From: Histomonas meleagridis 2922-C6/04-290x
Lineage: Eukaryota > Protista > Parabasalia
Length of the DNA: 64,000 nucleotides
Assembly (NCBI GenBank): GCA_020184695.1
Contig: JAANOX010000011.1
Coordinates: 248,001-312,000, forward strand
Reading direction: 5' to 3'
Below the pieces are notes generated by a model, which had not been told where the DNA came from, made no database searches, and saw only the letters and a list, made by a program, of their open reading frames with translations. The translations under genes and the position numbers were made by a program. Each line of letters starts with the position of its first letter. Position 1 is the stretch's first letter. Shown here piece after piece: positions 11,544 through 22,780 of this stretch.

Positions 11544-14500
11544 TTACTCCAATTCAATTGGAGCAAACAAAAGATTTCCGTTCTTCAGTGTCACTGCCAC
11601 CACCGCAGATTCCATTAACACATTTACGTCGCACACATCTGAATCGACTTTCACAACCTTCTCATTCAACTCAAGGAAGAACGCCTCGAACACGAAACAT
11701 TCTCCGATTTCATTACACAACACAACGAAGTCGAATCCGTCGTTTGAAGCGAAGCAATTCCATTCGCAAACTCCGAATTCCAATTCTTTCATTCTAATGA
11801 AATCGCCATTTATATTATACAGTGCCAAAGCCTTTTTAACATTTCCGTCAACGATTTTTGTCATATAAACAATTATGAAGCCCCATTTGGATGTGATCAA
11901 TAATTTATTTGGTTTCCAATTATTAAGTTCATTAATACGTAAAATACTTTTTTCAGTTAATGAACAAATTAATAACGAACAATCATTGGTACCGCAAACG
12001 ATTGTATTAAACGAAGAACTTAATGACATACATTTAACTATCGATGTAAATGTCGGTATTGTAAATGAAGGCTTTAAGAATTGCTCGTTTTTATATAGTG
12101 ATATACTTGAAGAAGTCTTTGATGATATCGCAATCCATTCATTGTCGGAACAGATGAATGAAATTTTGTCGCGATTTTGATGAATTAATTCACAACGATT
12201 TGTTGAGTATTTAATTTTATAAAGTTCTGTTGGATCGTGTCCTGTAATTATTATATAATCATTTGTTGGCTTTGTAATTAAATTTTTGTTTTTCGTTAAT
12301 TTATATTTTGGTTTTGGTAGAATTCGATTCTTTTTAATTATATCTTTTTGTTGATTAAATTGGATTGATTTAAGATTTAATGAAGTTATATTTGTGGTCC
12401 CATTATTATTAATAATTATAAATTTAATTAAATTATTATTAATTTCTTTAAATGTTATAAATGTAAATGGAGAGTCCGTTAAGGCAACTGAAAAAGTTTC
12501 CGATATGGCAGGTGGATTAAAACTCTTTGAATTCCGTATCGGATGTGGGCTGTCAAATAATTGAGGAGGTACTTGGCCGACGTGTAATTGAATTGCTTCA
12601 ATTTGTGATCGTTGCATTGGATCGCTTAACGTTTTTTCATTCCAAATGTTTTGATACATTTCAGGCAAAAAAGTATTATCTGCTTTAATAGCATTTTCAC
12701 CATTTTGTTTATAGCCCCAAATTAAATCAATCCAATTATTAATATTGCTTGAAACATAATCACTTTCTAAAGCCTTTCTATGTAAATAAATATAATCATA
12801 TGGAGTTTTAGCCCATTTCGGAAGTTTTACGTCATTAACTTTTTTATTATTTATCGAACCCAAATCGAATTTATCTTTATTAATTAAAAATTCAGGTAAG
12901 AAATAAAATTCCGGAATTAATTCTAAATAATCATTTGAGTTATTAAATGAAAGTTTAAATGCTTTCTTAATCGAAGTAAATAATCTTGAAGAATGATCGA
13001 ATTTACCACTTTGCATATCAATATGTAATGAAGTAAAAGGTTCCAATCTTAATAAATATAAATAAACATTTAATGAGTTAATCGAACCACTATTATATAA
13101 ATGTTTAATATCATTATCTTCATTAATTCTTTCTTTAAGTTCATTTAATCGTTTTTGAGTTTGTGCGCCAATTGGTTTACTTAAATCTCTAAAATTATTT
13201 ATATTATTTAAATCTAAAACTTCCGAATCATAATTAGTTAGTATTAATGGCATTAAAGGATATTGTGATGTATCATTAAAACTTCTTCCACTATATATAT
13301 TTAACTTCATTAAATATTCGAAATTCGAAATTTTTCTGTTTTTCCATTCATATGTATAATTAGTTTCAGAGAAATATGACTTAAATGATTTGTTTTGAAG
13401 TATTAATCCATGAATTTGTAATGATGAAATCGAACGTAATATTGATAATGAATTTACATCATAAAAATTAATAAAATATGTTTCTCCATTATATAAAAAT
13501 ATTTCGATTGCTGTTTGTCTATGAAATCTAGTTCTTAAATAGATATATTTAATTTTATTTAATTTAATTAAAATTATTTTATTATTATTTTCTTTTGATA
13601 TTATAATGGAATTGTTTAATAATGTGAAAATTGATTTTATATTCTTTTTAACAGTAATTATTTCACAAGGAATTTCAATAATACATCTTGAAACATTAAT
13701 TAAATTTTGTTGTTGAATTTCATTTTGGTTTTGTTGTTGTTCATTTTCAAATAATTCAAGTAATTGTGTTGGCGCATTTTCTTTATATTTAATTTCTAAT
13801 TCTTTTTTATACTTTTCATATAATTTATCAGCATCATTCTTACATCCTACATCTCTAAGTATTGATGCATCCATATGATCATTAAAATGTTTATTTAATT
13901 TTAATTTCATTGGATATAATAAATTACATAAAATTGGATCTCGTTTCATATGGATTTGTTTAATATATGATTTAGATAATGATAAATGCCATGGAGCTTT
14001 ATTAGATGTAAAACTATTCCAACAACTATTCCAAAGTTTAGAATTTTGATTCTTTTGTTGTTCATTATTATCAATGAAATCAGCAATTAAATTTGTTGAT
14101 AATAAAACAATTCCATCATTAATCATTTCGAATATTTCATATGCTTTATTCGAATTTATATTTAAAAATGTAATAAAATGCTTTAAAAATCGTAAAGGTC
14201 CAATAGTTAATTCATTAGATTCGAATTTATATTTCGTATTAAGATATTTAATTAATAATAATTCACTTTCATTAATTGACGTTTTAATAAATCGTGGATA
14301 ACCTTTCATTCTTAAATGATGATCTAATAAATTTGAAGAAGAAGTTTTATTATTTAATAATGGAATAATTTCATTAACTTTGCTATAATTTGTATGAAGT
14401 AAATATGATGAAATTAATATCATTAAAGTATTATATTTAGGATTCGGATTCTTTTTAAAAATTTCAATTGTTTGTATAGCTAATTCTTCTTCATCCCAAT

Positions 14501-17500
14501 AACCATTTTCATTCATTTTAATTCCAAAATGATAATTAAATTCTTCTAATGAAATTATTTTTATCTTTTCATCAAAATCTGATGGTGATAATGTAACAAC
14601 AATTTTTTCTGGTGATTTTGGTATATCATTTTCATTTTTGGTATTATCTATACCTAATATTAAAAATGAACTTCTTCGTGGTCGAAATGATTTTTTATTT
14701 GGATGAATTGGCATAGTCGGATTTAATGATTCAAGTGCCTTTTCAGCAAGTTGTGATGAATATATTTCTTCTTCATTATTAAATAATATCGAATCAGAAC
14801 GTATTGAATGTCTTGAACGACGTGTTTTACGTTTTGGTGAAGAAGGTGAAGAAGGACAATTTCTTTTTCTTCTTGAATGTGTTTTATTACTTTTATAAAA
14901 TATACTATTATTAAAAGCTTTTTCTAATGCATTTCCATCATATTTAATTCTAAAGAATAAATAATGATATATTAATTCCATATATAAATCAATTTTATCA
15001 TTTAAATCGTTATTTTTCAAAATCATTTTACTAAATTTAGTTATAATTATACGTTTTATAATATCAGAATCTTTATTTAATGCTCGACCTACAATTTCAA
15101 TTGTAGAGAAAAGAATATAAATATTTTCTTTATTATTAATTGAACATTTGATTAAGAATTTCGAAAGTTTATTTTGAAGTTTATAATTTGATTTATATAA
15201 TGCTACAACACTATAAATTGCCCAATATTTATTATTTGAAATATTTTCATTAATTTTAATGTTTTGAAGTAATTTATAAATTCCATTTTCACCAATGTTT
15301 AATGCTACCCATGAACATAAAGGAAATACAGAAGGATAAATATTTGTAAGATCAATTAAATTATTTAATAATTTTTTAGTTACATATTTAGGCATTATTT
15401 GATGTAATATTATATCCATACGATTTTCTAATGAAAAATCATTAAAATAACCAAAATTATGTGAATTAATAATAATTGAAATAGTTAAACATAAAACATC
15501 TTGATTTTCGATATTAAATAAATATTGTAATAATGAAATCATTTGTAATGAATTTACTTTATTAATTAATAATGATTTTTCTTGTAGAATTAAATCATTT
15601 AAAAATTCCATTAAATCAACAATTTGTAAATGATCTTGACATGTTAATATATTACTTATTAAATTACGAAAATCATTATCATTAAATTTATAATGTGATA
15701 TTATTTTCGCTATGTTTAATAATGATAAACGACATTCTTTAACATTTAATTTTTGATCTTGACATCTTTTAACTATCGAAATTTCTTCTTTTTGATACCA
15801 ATAATAAGTTCGAAGTATACATAAAATCCATTCAAATGAACGAACTTCCAAAAGAATATTTTGAGTTATTGGTATTAATATACGAGACCAATGTTTTAAT
15901 ATTCTTTCATTACTTTTCGAATCAGAATTTACCCATAAATTAATATTCAATAATATAGAATCATATAATTGAACTTTAAGTTTATCATAAATTATATTAT
16001 TAAAAATTGTTATAAATGATAAATATAAATTATATGTAATATGTTTCGGATTTGATTTTAATAATAAATGTGAAATTATTATAAATCCGGATTTATTATA
16101 AAAATTAATTTGAGTTTCTTCACTTAAAATTAATAATTTCGATAATATTTCAATTGTTAATTCAGGAAAATTATTAAACTTTTGGCCATTTTCAAATGTC
16201 ATATCCCATTGTGCAAATAAAGGTAATAATATATCAATTCCACAACGTGTAACAAGTATTTCATTAAAGTTTAATATATGATTATACTTTAATAATTTTG
16301 GTTTTATTTTAATCTTTTGATTAATTCCAATATTTTTAATGGTTAAATTATCATTATATTCATCTGGTATGAAATATATAAAAGGATTTTTGTTTTTAAA
16401 TGTTAAATTACATGGTCCAAGTTCAATTAGTTCTTGTAAATCATTAATTTCTAAAATAGGAAATATTCCAATGTTTCCAAGTGTTGAAGGAATTTCAGAT
16501 ATTGTTGAATCACGTGAAATAGCACCGAATTTACCATTAATAAAACCATTTGTAAAGTTTATATAAGGGAATGTGAAATATTTAAATTGATTTTTCCCTT
16601 CAACAAATAATGAAACTTTAGTTTGATGAATATTAAATAAAGGGATAAATGTAATTGATACAAATGTCCATTTTTCAATTGGAATTGTTTCATTAAAATT
16701 CTTTGATGATTGTAAATACCCATCTTCCATTGATACTAAAATAGAATTTGATATGATAAATATATCAAATTTTATATTTTTGGAATCATTTATTGATATT
16801 ATATGTGGAATATAAGAAAAGTCATTATTATTTAAATATATCCAAAAACATATAGTAAATCCATTAATTAATTGTTCATTATTTAAATGTTTAAAATTAA
16901 ATGATTCTTGTGATATCATTGGAATTATAGAAAATGGTTTATTTTGTGAATTATTTATCATTGTAATTAATGATTTTATAATTAATGAATGATAATATGG
17001 ATAAAATCGTCCTTCAATTGGTGATAATAATGAAATAAAATTATATACTATTGACGTTGATGATATTATTGATGTTATTAACATTAATAATGATAATATA
17101 CTTGCAAATAATTGTGTTGATATTGTTTTATCATTACGATATTCTTTTAATAAGTTAATTAAATATAAATCAAATTCATTTTTATGTAAAATTTCAATGT
17201 TTTGTCTTGAAAATTGTATCAATTTTGCGATATATGAAAATATATCTAAAATTATTTTCGATGATTTATATATGTTAATTAATAAATTTAATGCTTTAGG
17301 TTGTTGAATTATATATGATGGATTTAATGTTGTTAATTGATTACCTGAAATTAATTGTATAATTTTGGTAAATAAATTTGGCGTTGGTTCTATTTCTATT
17401 GGAAATATATTTTTTATTGTTATTTCAATTGATGATAATTCGACTGATGTTAATATATGATTTGATATGATTATAAATGTTAAAAAATTATAAATGAAAT

Positions 17501-19388
17501 CAATTGTTTCTTTTGATTTAATTAATTTATTTAAATTTGAACAAATGATTTCAATAATTTCATTAAAATCATTTGAAAAAATTGGTTTATTTGTTATAAT
17601 TTTATTTAATGTAATTAAAATATCATTTAATAATATAATATCTTCAATATCATTAATTGATTTACAATTATTTTTAAATGTTTTAATAATACATTTAATT
17701 AACATTTGATTTTTAATTGAACTTTCATTGTATATATAACTAACAATTGTTGATAAAATAATTGGACGAATAAATTTTTCATTTATCATTTGAATATATG
17801 ATTTAACAAAGAATTTATTATTAAAAAACATTTCTAATATTTTTTTGTTCAGAAATAAATGATTTAAATATATTAAAATATTTAAACGTGCATTTAATAT
17901 TGAATTATTAATTTCAGGTGAATTACTATTTAAATGTTGAAAATGTAACATCGCTGACATTAATGAATTTGATAAAATCGTAACTTCGTTTTTTCCTATT
18001 GTAATTAATGATTGTGATTGAAGAATTCGTTGTATTATTTCAGAAAATGATATCGGATATGAAATCGATAAATCGATTACAATTTGTATTGATTCAAAGT
18101 TTTCTTTCATTAATAAATCAATTGAATAATTTCTAATTGTATTAATTTGTTTCCAATTTTCATTTTTTGTATCAATTATTCCTGATTTATAAAATGTTAT
18201 ATCATTAAATAATAAATTTATTGGTATTTTAACATTTGGATATAATGATTTTATATCTAAAAATATCTTAAGAAAAGTTGCATAAATATCAAATTTATAT
18301 TCATCCGTTATATAACTATTTAATATTTCATTTGTTTCATTAATAAATGTTTCAGAAAATTCTTGCTTAAAACAAATAATTTGCTTTAATATAAATAATT
18401 TAGAATATAAATTGGTTGAGATCATATTTTCGATATTTAATGATTCAGGAAATTTGATTTTATTAGTTAAGTCGATTGGTTCTTTAAATGTTAAACTTTC
18501 TTTATTATATATAACATTTTCTAACATTATATTATTATTATTGTCTTTAATAAAAGGCAATTGTGATTTAATAAAATTAAGAATTGAAATTGGTAATAAT
18601 GAAATGTATTGAGATATTATTTGTGGACTTAATATTGGTTCTAAATGTAAAAAGAAAGTTAATGAAGTTATATCTAATGAAGAAATATAATCAAATGTTA
18701 ACTCAGAAATATCATTAATTACTTCATAAGGAACTTGAGAATTATCTTGATGTAGAATACAATCAATAAATGTTATAAAATCTTTTGTTAATTGTTCTTC
18801 ATTAATATCTAAAATAATTTTCGAGATTTTCGCTAAAAGTTTATAACATTTTGGGGGTAGTTCATATTGGTTTGAAAAGAAATCAAATAAAATATATATA
18901 AATTGTTTTGATTCTTTTGATGTTTTTTCAATTTTTTGATATAATTTGCAAAGATTATAAAAAGCCGATATGCAAACTTTTTTGTAATGTTTTGAAATAT
19001 TAAGTTTAAGAAGTTTTGTGAAAGAAATTAACATATCAAGACAATTTTTAGGCGTAGCAAGCGAATCATCAACATACATCATTAAATATGAATCAAATAT
19101 TGTTACAATATCACTAAGATTTGGTTTAATTTGATCGAATATTGGAATTTTAAATTCTGCTTCAAAATGATATTGACGAAGAATATCCTTAAAATTATCA
19201 TTGGATTTAAGGTGTTGTCTTATTTCCTTAATGTTTTTTATTGAATTTTTTTGGTTGAATAATCTATTTGGTATTAACTTTGTATTACTTTTTGGTGAAT
19301 TTGTTGAAATATTCTCCTTATCCATTTCACTAGGAAGAATTGAAAGAATTGAAATGCATAACTGATTAGGAGAAAGAAGGGCTTGCAT
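11544..19388 (-). CDS. BEACH-domain protein (neurobeachin/LRBA-like: ConA-like region, PH-BEACH, WD40)
   Basis: BEACH motifs: W..RKISNFEYLMKLNIYSGRSFNDTSQYPLMP, FRDLSKPIG, LLRLEPFT, GKFDHSSRLF, ELIPEFYFLPEFL, LPKWA, HRKALES.YVS.NINNWIDLIWGYKQ.G, GQVPPQLFDSPHP.R. A WD-like C-terminus follows. Confidence 0.95.
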   Translation of the reverse strand: MQALLSPNQLCISILSILPSEMDKENISTNSPKSNTKLIPNRLFNQKNSIKNIKEIRQHLKSNDNFKDILRQYHFEAEFKIPIFDQIKPNLSDIVTIFDSYLMMYVDDSLATPKNCLDMLISFTKLLKLNISKHYKKVCISAFYNLCKLYQKIEKTSKESKQFIYILFDFFSNQYELPPKCYKLLAKISKIILDINEEQLTKDFITFIDCILHQDNSQVPYEVINDISELTFDYISSLDITSLTFFLHLEPILSPQIISQYISLLPISILNFIKSQLPFIKDNNNNIMLENVIYNKESLTFKEPIDLTNKIKFPESLNIENMISTNLYSKLFILKQIICFKQEFSETFINETNEILNSYITDEYKFDIYATFLKIFLDIKSLYPNVKIPINLLFNDITFYKSGIIDTKNENWKQINTIRNYSIDLLMKENFESIQIVIDLSISYPISFSEIIQRILQSQSLITIGKNEVTILSNSLMSAMLHFQHLNSNSPEINNSILNARLNILIYLNHLFLNKKILEMFFNNKFFVKSYIQMINEKFIRPIILSTIVSYIYNESSIKNQMLIKCIIKTFKNNCKSINDIEDIILLNDILITLNKIITNKPIFSNDFNEIIEIICSNLNKLIKSKETIDFIYNFLTFIIISNHILTSVELSSIEITIKNIFPIEIEPTPNLFTKIIQLISGNQLTTLNPSYIIQQPKALNLLINIYKSSKIILDIFSYIAKLIQFSRQNIEILHKNEFDLYLINLLKEYRNDKTISTQLFASILSLLMLITSIISSTSIVYNFISLLSPIEGRFYPYYHSLIIKSLITMINNSQNKPFSIIPMISQESFNFKHLNNEQLINGFTICFWIYLNNNDFSYIPHIISINDSKNIKFDIFIISNSILVSMEDGYLQSSKNFNETIPIEKWTFVSITFIPLFNIHQTKVSLFVEGKNQFKYFTFPYINFTNGFINGKFGAISRDSTISEIPSTLGNIGIFPILEINDLQELIELGPCNLTFKNKNPFIYFIPDEYNDNLTIKNIGINQKIKIKPKLLKYNHILNFNEILVTRCGIDILLPLFAQWDMTFENGQKFNNFPELTIEILSKLLILSEETQINFYNKSGFIIISHLLLKSNPKHITYNLYLSFITIFNNIIYDKLKVQLYDSILLNINLWVNSDSKSNERILKHWSRILIPITQNILLEVRSFEWILCILRTYYWYQKEEISIVKRCQDQKLNVKECRLSLLNIAKIISHYKFNDNDFRNLISNILTCQDHLQIVDLMEFLNDLILQEKSLLINKVNSLQMISLLQYLFNIENQDVLCLTISIIINSHNFGYFNDFSLENRMDIILHQIMPKYVTKKLLNNLIDLTNIYPSVFPLCSWVALNIGENGIYKLLQNIKINENISNNKYWAIYSVVALYKSNYKLQNKLSKFLIKCSINNKENIYILFSTIEIVGRALNKDSDIIKRIIITKFSKMILKNNDLNDKIDLYMELIYHYLFFRIKYDGNALEKAFNNSIFYKSNKTHSRRKRNCPSSPSSPKRKTRRSRHSIRSDSILFNNEEEIYSSQLAEKALESLNPTMPIHPNKKSFRPRRSSFLILGIDNTKNENDIPKSPEKIVVTLSPSDFDEKIKIISLEEFNYHFGIKMNENGYWDEEELAIQTIEIFKKNPNPKYNTLMILISSYLLHTNYSKVNEIIPLLNNKTSSSNLLDHHLRMKGYPRFIKTSINESELLLIKYLNTKYKFESNELTIGPLRFLKHFITFLNINSNKAYEIFEMINDGIVLLSTNLIADFIDNNEQQKNQNSKLWNSCWNSFTSNKAPWHLSLSKSYIKQIHMKRDPILCNLLYPMKLKLNKHFNDHMDASILRDVGCKNDADKLYEKYKKELEIKYKENAPTQLLELFENEQQQNQNEIQQQNLINVSRCIIEIPCEIITVKKNIKSIFTLLNNSIIISKENNNKIILIKLNKIKYIYLRTRFHRQTAIEIFLYNGETYFINFYDVNSLSILRSISSLQIHGLILQNKSFKSYFSETNYTYEWKNRKISNFEYLMKLNIYSGRSFNDTSQYPLMPLILTNYDSEVLDLNNINNFRDLSKPIGAQTQKRLNELKERINEDNDIKHLYNSGSINSLNVYLYLLRLEPFTSLHIDMQSGKFDHSSRLFTSIKKAFKLSFNNSNDYLELIPEFYFLPEFLINKDKFDLGSINNKKVNDVKLPKWAKTPYDYIYLHRKALESDYVSSNINNWIDLIWGYKQNGENAIKADNTFLPEMYQNIWNEKTLSDPMQRSQIEAIQLHVGQVPPQLFDSPHPIRNSKSFNPPAISETFSVALTDSPFTFITFKEINNNLIKFIIINNNGTTNITSLNLKSIQFNQQKDIIKKNRILPKPKYKLTKNKNLITKPTNDYIIITGHDPTELYKIKYSTNRCELIHQNRDKISFICSDNEWIAISSKTSSSISLYKNEQFLKPSFTIPTFTSIVKCMSLSSSFNTIVCGTNDCSLLICSLTEKSILRINELNNWKPNKLLITSKWGFIIVYMTKIVDGNVKKALALYNINGDFIRMKELEFGVCEWNCFASNDGFDFVVLCNEIGECFVFEAFFLELNEKVVKVDSDVCDVNVLMESAVVAVTLKNGNLLFAPIELE

Positions 19389-19987
19389 TTTTATTTTAAT
19401 TCTAAACCGATAAAGCTTGAATTAATAAACGGACATAAAAAGTTTACAATACCATGTGAAGGTGTCTTAAGGCATTTTGAGTTTCATTTCGTTTAAGCAT
19501 CTGCTACCTAGGTATTAACTCATTTTAATTATTTCAAGTCTTATGAATAAAGCATAAGAAATTGGATTTTAATACAATGATGTCATTAACCCTTATTAAA
19601 GAAAAAAGAACTATTTTGAAAAAAATTATAAACAACACCTTTAAAAGTCATTAGAAAAATAGCTCAGAGTTATCAAAAGGAAAAGCTTCAAAAAAAATAT
19701 TGGTGATGATATCATCACCATCAAATATTTAAGTTATTTAAATACCGACATATCATCTTGAAAAACATTCATTTATTTTTTGATGATAATCCGTTCATAT
19801 TCAATAACCCTGAAAATGTGTTACGGTGTAATTACTTGGTGAATTTATTATCACTTTTAAAAAAGTGAATTGAAAAACCGAACATACATTTGTGACCAAA
19901 TTTTTTGGCATTGAATGCTTTACATGATCTTCAAACTTTTTCAAAGTTTATATAAACACTACTTATCGTTCGAACCATATCAACTAA

Positions 19988-20584
19988 ATGACAGCAACAG
20001 AGATAAAAAAGACATTAAAACTAATCCTTGTCGGATCAGGGGGCGTAGGAAAGACCAGCCTTGTTACAAAATTTTATAATCAACAATTCGAAACCCAGAC
20101 ATTACCAACAGTTGCTCCTGCCTTTTGTAGCGCTAACATCCCACTTAAGAATGGTTTATCAGTTGAACTACAAATTTGGGATACTGCTGGGCAAGAACAA
20201 TATCAAGCTATTTGTCAAATGTTTTATCATGATTCAAACATTGCCTTCGTTTGTTTCGACAAATCAAACATCGACACAGTCGAACAGTGGGTCCTTCGTG
20301 TTCGAAGCCAAGTACCGGATTGTTTAATTATTTTGGTTTCAACAAAAGTTGATCTTCTTTCATCGGAAGAATTAATACAGCTAAAGAAAGATGGAAAGGA
20401 GATGGTTTCAAAGTACAAAGCAGAAGCACATTTTCTTACATCATCTCAAACCGGACAAGAAGTAACAAATCTTTTTTACGAAGCTGCAAATTGTATTGAA
20501 AAAATTCAAGATACAAACATACAAAAAAAGACACCTCTTGAAGAGAATAAGAATCAAGACGGATCTAATAAGTGTAGTTGTTAG
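19988..20584 (+). CDS. Rab-family small GTPase
   Basis: GSGGVGKTS P-loop, LQIWDTAGQE, TKVD (G4 variant) and a C-terminal CSC prenylation motif. Confidence 0.92.
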   Translation: MTATEIKKTLKLILVGSGGVGKTSLVTKFYNQQFETQTLPTVAPAFCSANIPLKNGLSVELQIWDTAGQEQYQAICQMFYHDSNIAFVCFDKSNIDTVEQWVLRVRSQVPDCLIILVSTKVDLLSSEELIQLKKDGKEMVSKYKAEAHFLTSSQTGQEVTNLFYEAANCIEKIQDTNIQKKTPLEENKNQDGSNKCSC

Positions 20585-21052
20585 ATCAATTTATTAACTT
20601 TTGAACTTTTCACACAGTTAATAAATTCAATAAACTTCTGTATATAAAAATTGATATCTAATAATTAATGAGTTAATTCATAAGGAAATCTAGTATATAA
20701 TATGTTGTTGGAAAAGGTTATATACAAAACCATTTTTAATAGCTATACAAGCAATTGCTTTGTTATGATGTTCTTCTTATTCAATCATTGCATATCATAA
20801 CCTTACTAATGGGTATGCAAGATATAAGATTTGTTAATAAATGCGGAAGTTATCATGCGCTTTACATATTCTAACATCTAAAAATAGTCGAAAAAAGTTT
20901 CGTGCAGTTTTTTATCTACAACATGGACTTTATTAATTGGAAAAAAAAATTATTCAAAAATATAAATAAGGTTGATGTGAATCAGTTTATTTTGTTGATG
21001 TTTAAGTAATTTTTATTTTTTATTTTATTGGAAATGAGATTGTTAAGAGTTT

Positions 21053-22780
21053 TTATTTATGTTCTGTAATCAATTTGATTATCTCTGTATAACCTGATTT
21101 AGTGGCAATTGTAAGTGCTGATTTAAATAATTTAAATAAATTCCAAATAGCAATTATAAACATAAAAATGAATAAATAAAACCAAAATAAAACAAACAAA
21201 TATTTTTAGCATTAATATCTATTCCTTTATGTTCAATAAGTAATTTAACTATTTCTGTATGACCTTTTTGAGTTGCTTCGATAAGTGCTGTATTAAATAA
21301 TTTGAACAATTATTAAATCTAATTATGAAACGAAAATTTAATAAAATTAATTTTATATAAAATAAATAAATATCTTTAGCATTGATGTCAATTCCTTCTT
21401 GTTTTAGAAGTAATTTAACTGCTTCTATATTTCCTTTTGATGATGCTAACATAAGTGCTGTTTTATATATTTGAAAGAATTTTTAAAAATTATATTAAAA
21501 TTAAAAATTATTAAAATAAATTTTATATATTGTAAATAAATATCTTTGGCATTAATATCGATTTCTTTGTGCTCAAGAAGTAATTCAAATGATTCTATGC
21601 AAGCATTCGAAGTTGCTAACATAAGTGCTGTTTGAAATATTTTAAATATTTCCCGCTAATTATCTTGAAACATCATTTTATAAAAATAAAAAACAAATCT
21701 ATTAATATAACATCTTGAGCATTTACATCAATTCCTTCATGTTCAAGAAGGAGTTTAACAATTTTTGTATAACCTTTTTGAAGTGCAATCATAAGTTCTG
21801 TTTTAAACAAATCAAATAATTTCCAAATATTACTTTGAAATAAAAAATTAAAAAAATAAATCTCGAGTCAAACAAATAAATTTTAAATTAATCAAATAAA
21901 TATATTTATTATTGACTTCAATTCCTTTTTGTTCAAGAAGTAATTTGACGATTTCTGCATAATCATAATAAGATGCTTTCATAAGTGCTGTTAGAAATAA
22001 TTTAAATAATTTCCAAATATTATTTTGAAATATAAAATTATTAAAATAAATATTAAATAAAACAAATAAATATCTTTTTCATTAATATCAATTCCTTCTT
22101 GCTCAAGAAGTAATTTAACGATTTCTGTATGACCATTTAAAGATGCCTTCATAAGTACTGTTTCAAATAATTTAAATAATTACCAAATATTATATTGAAA
22201 CAGTAAATTATTAAAATAAATATTAAATACAACGGATAAATATCTTTCTCATTAATATCAATTCCTTTTTGTTCAAGAAGTAATTTAACTATTTCGATAT
22301 GGCCATTTAAAGATGCAAACATAAGTGCTGTTTCAAATAATTTTGATAATTACCAAATATTGTTTTGAAATCCAAAATCATTAAAACAAATTCTAAATAA
22401 AACTAATAAATTTCTTTAGCATAAATGTTAATTCCTTTTTGTTCAAGAAGTATTTTAACAACTTTTGTCTTACCATTTTTAGATGCAAGCATAAGTGCTG
22501 TTTTAAATAATTTTGATAATTTTCAAATAATATTTTGAAATAAAAAATTATTAAAACAAATTTCAAACAAAACAAATAAACATTTTTTGCATTAATATCA
22601 ATTCCTTTTTTCTCAAGAAGTAGTTTAACTATCTCTAATTGACCTATTTCAGATGCTAAAATAAGTGCTGTATTAAATAATTTATGCAAATTCCATGAAA
22701 TTTTCAAAATAAATCGAAAAAATTACAAAGAAATATCTAAAGAATTTACATCAATACCTTTATCTAAAATAAACTGAATG
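21053..22780 (-). repeat. Tandem array of ~170-nt units (93-nt ankyrin segment plus spacer)
   Basis: The attaatatca-like anchor recurs at 21211, 21381, 21551, 21721, 21911, 22081, 22251, 22421, 22591 and 22744 (periods of 170, one of 190 and one of 153). Confidence 0.95.

Noticed and set aside
11875-18612. Short plus-strand ORFs inside the BEACH gene (and similar ones inside the BspA, importin, ABCA and UBR genes)
   Set aside because: Antisense or alternative-frame by-products of long real CDSs, with no recognisable motifs.
22335-22420. Single ribosomal hop between matched TTT codons (4th spacer codon to last spacer codon)
   Set aside because: Two copies have TAG at the third codon and one has TAA at the fourth. 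Others lack TTT there. It also cannot explain the conserved internal GGN triplet.
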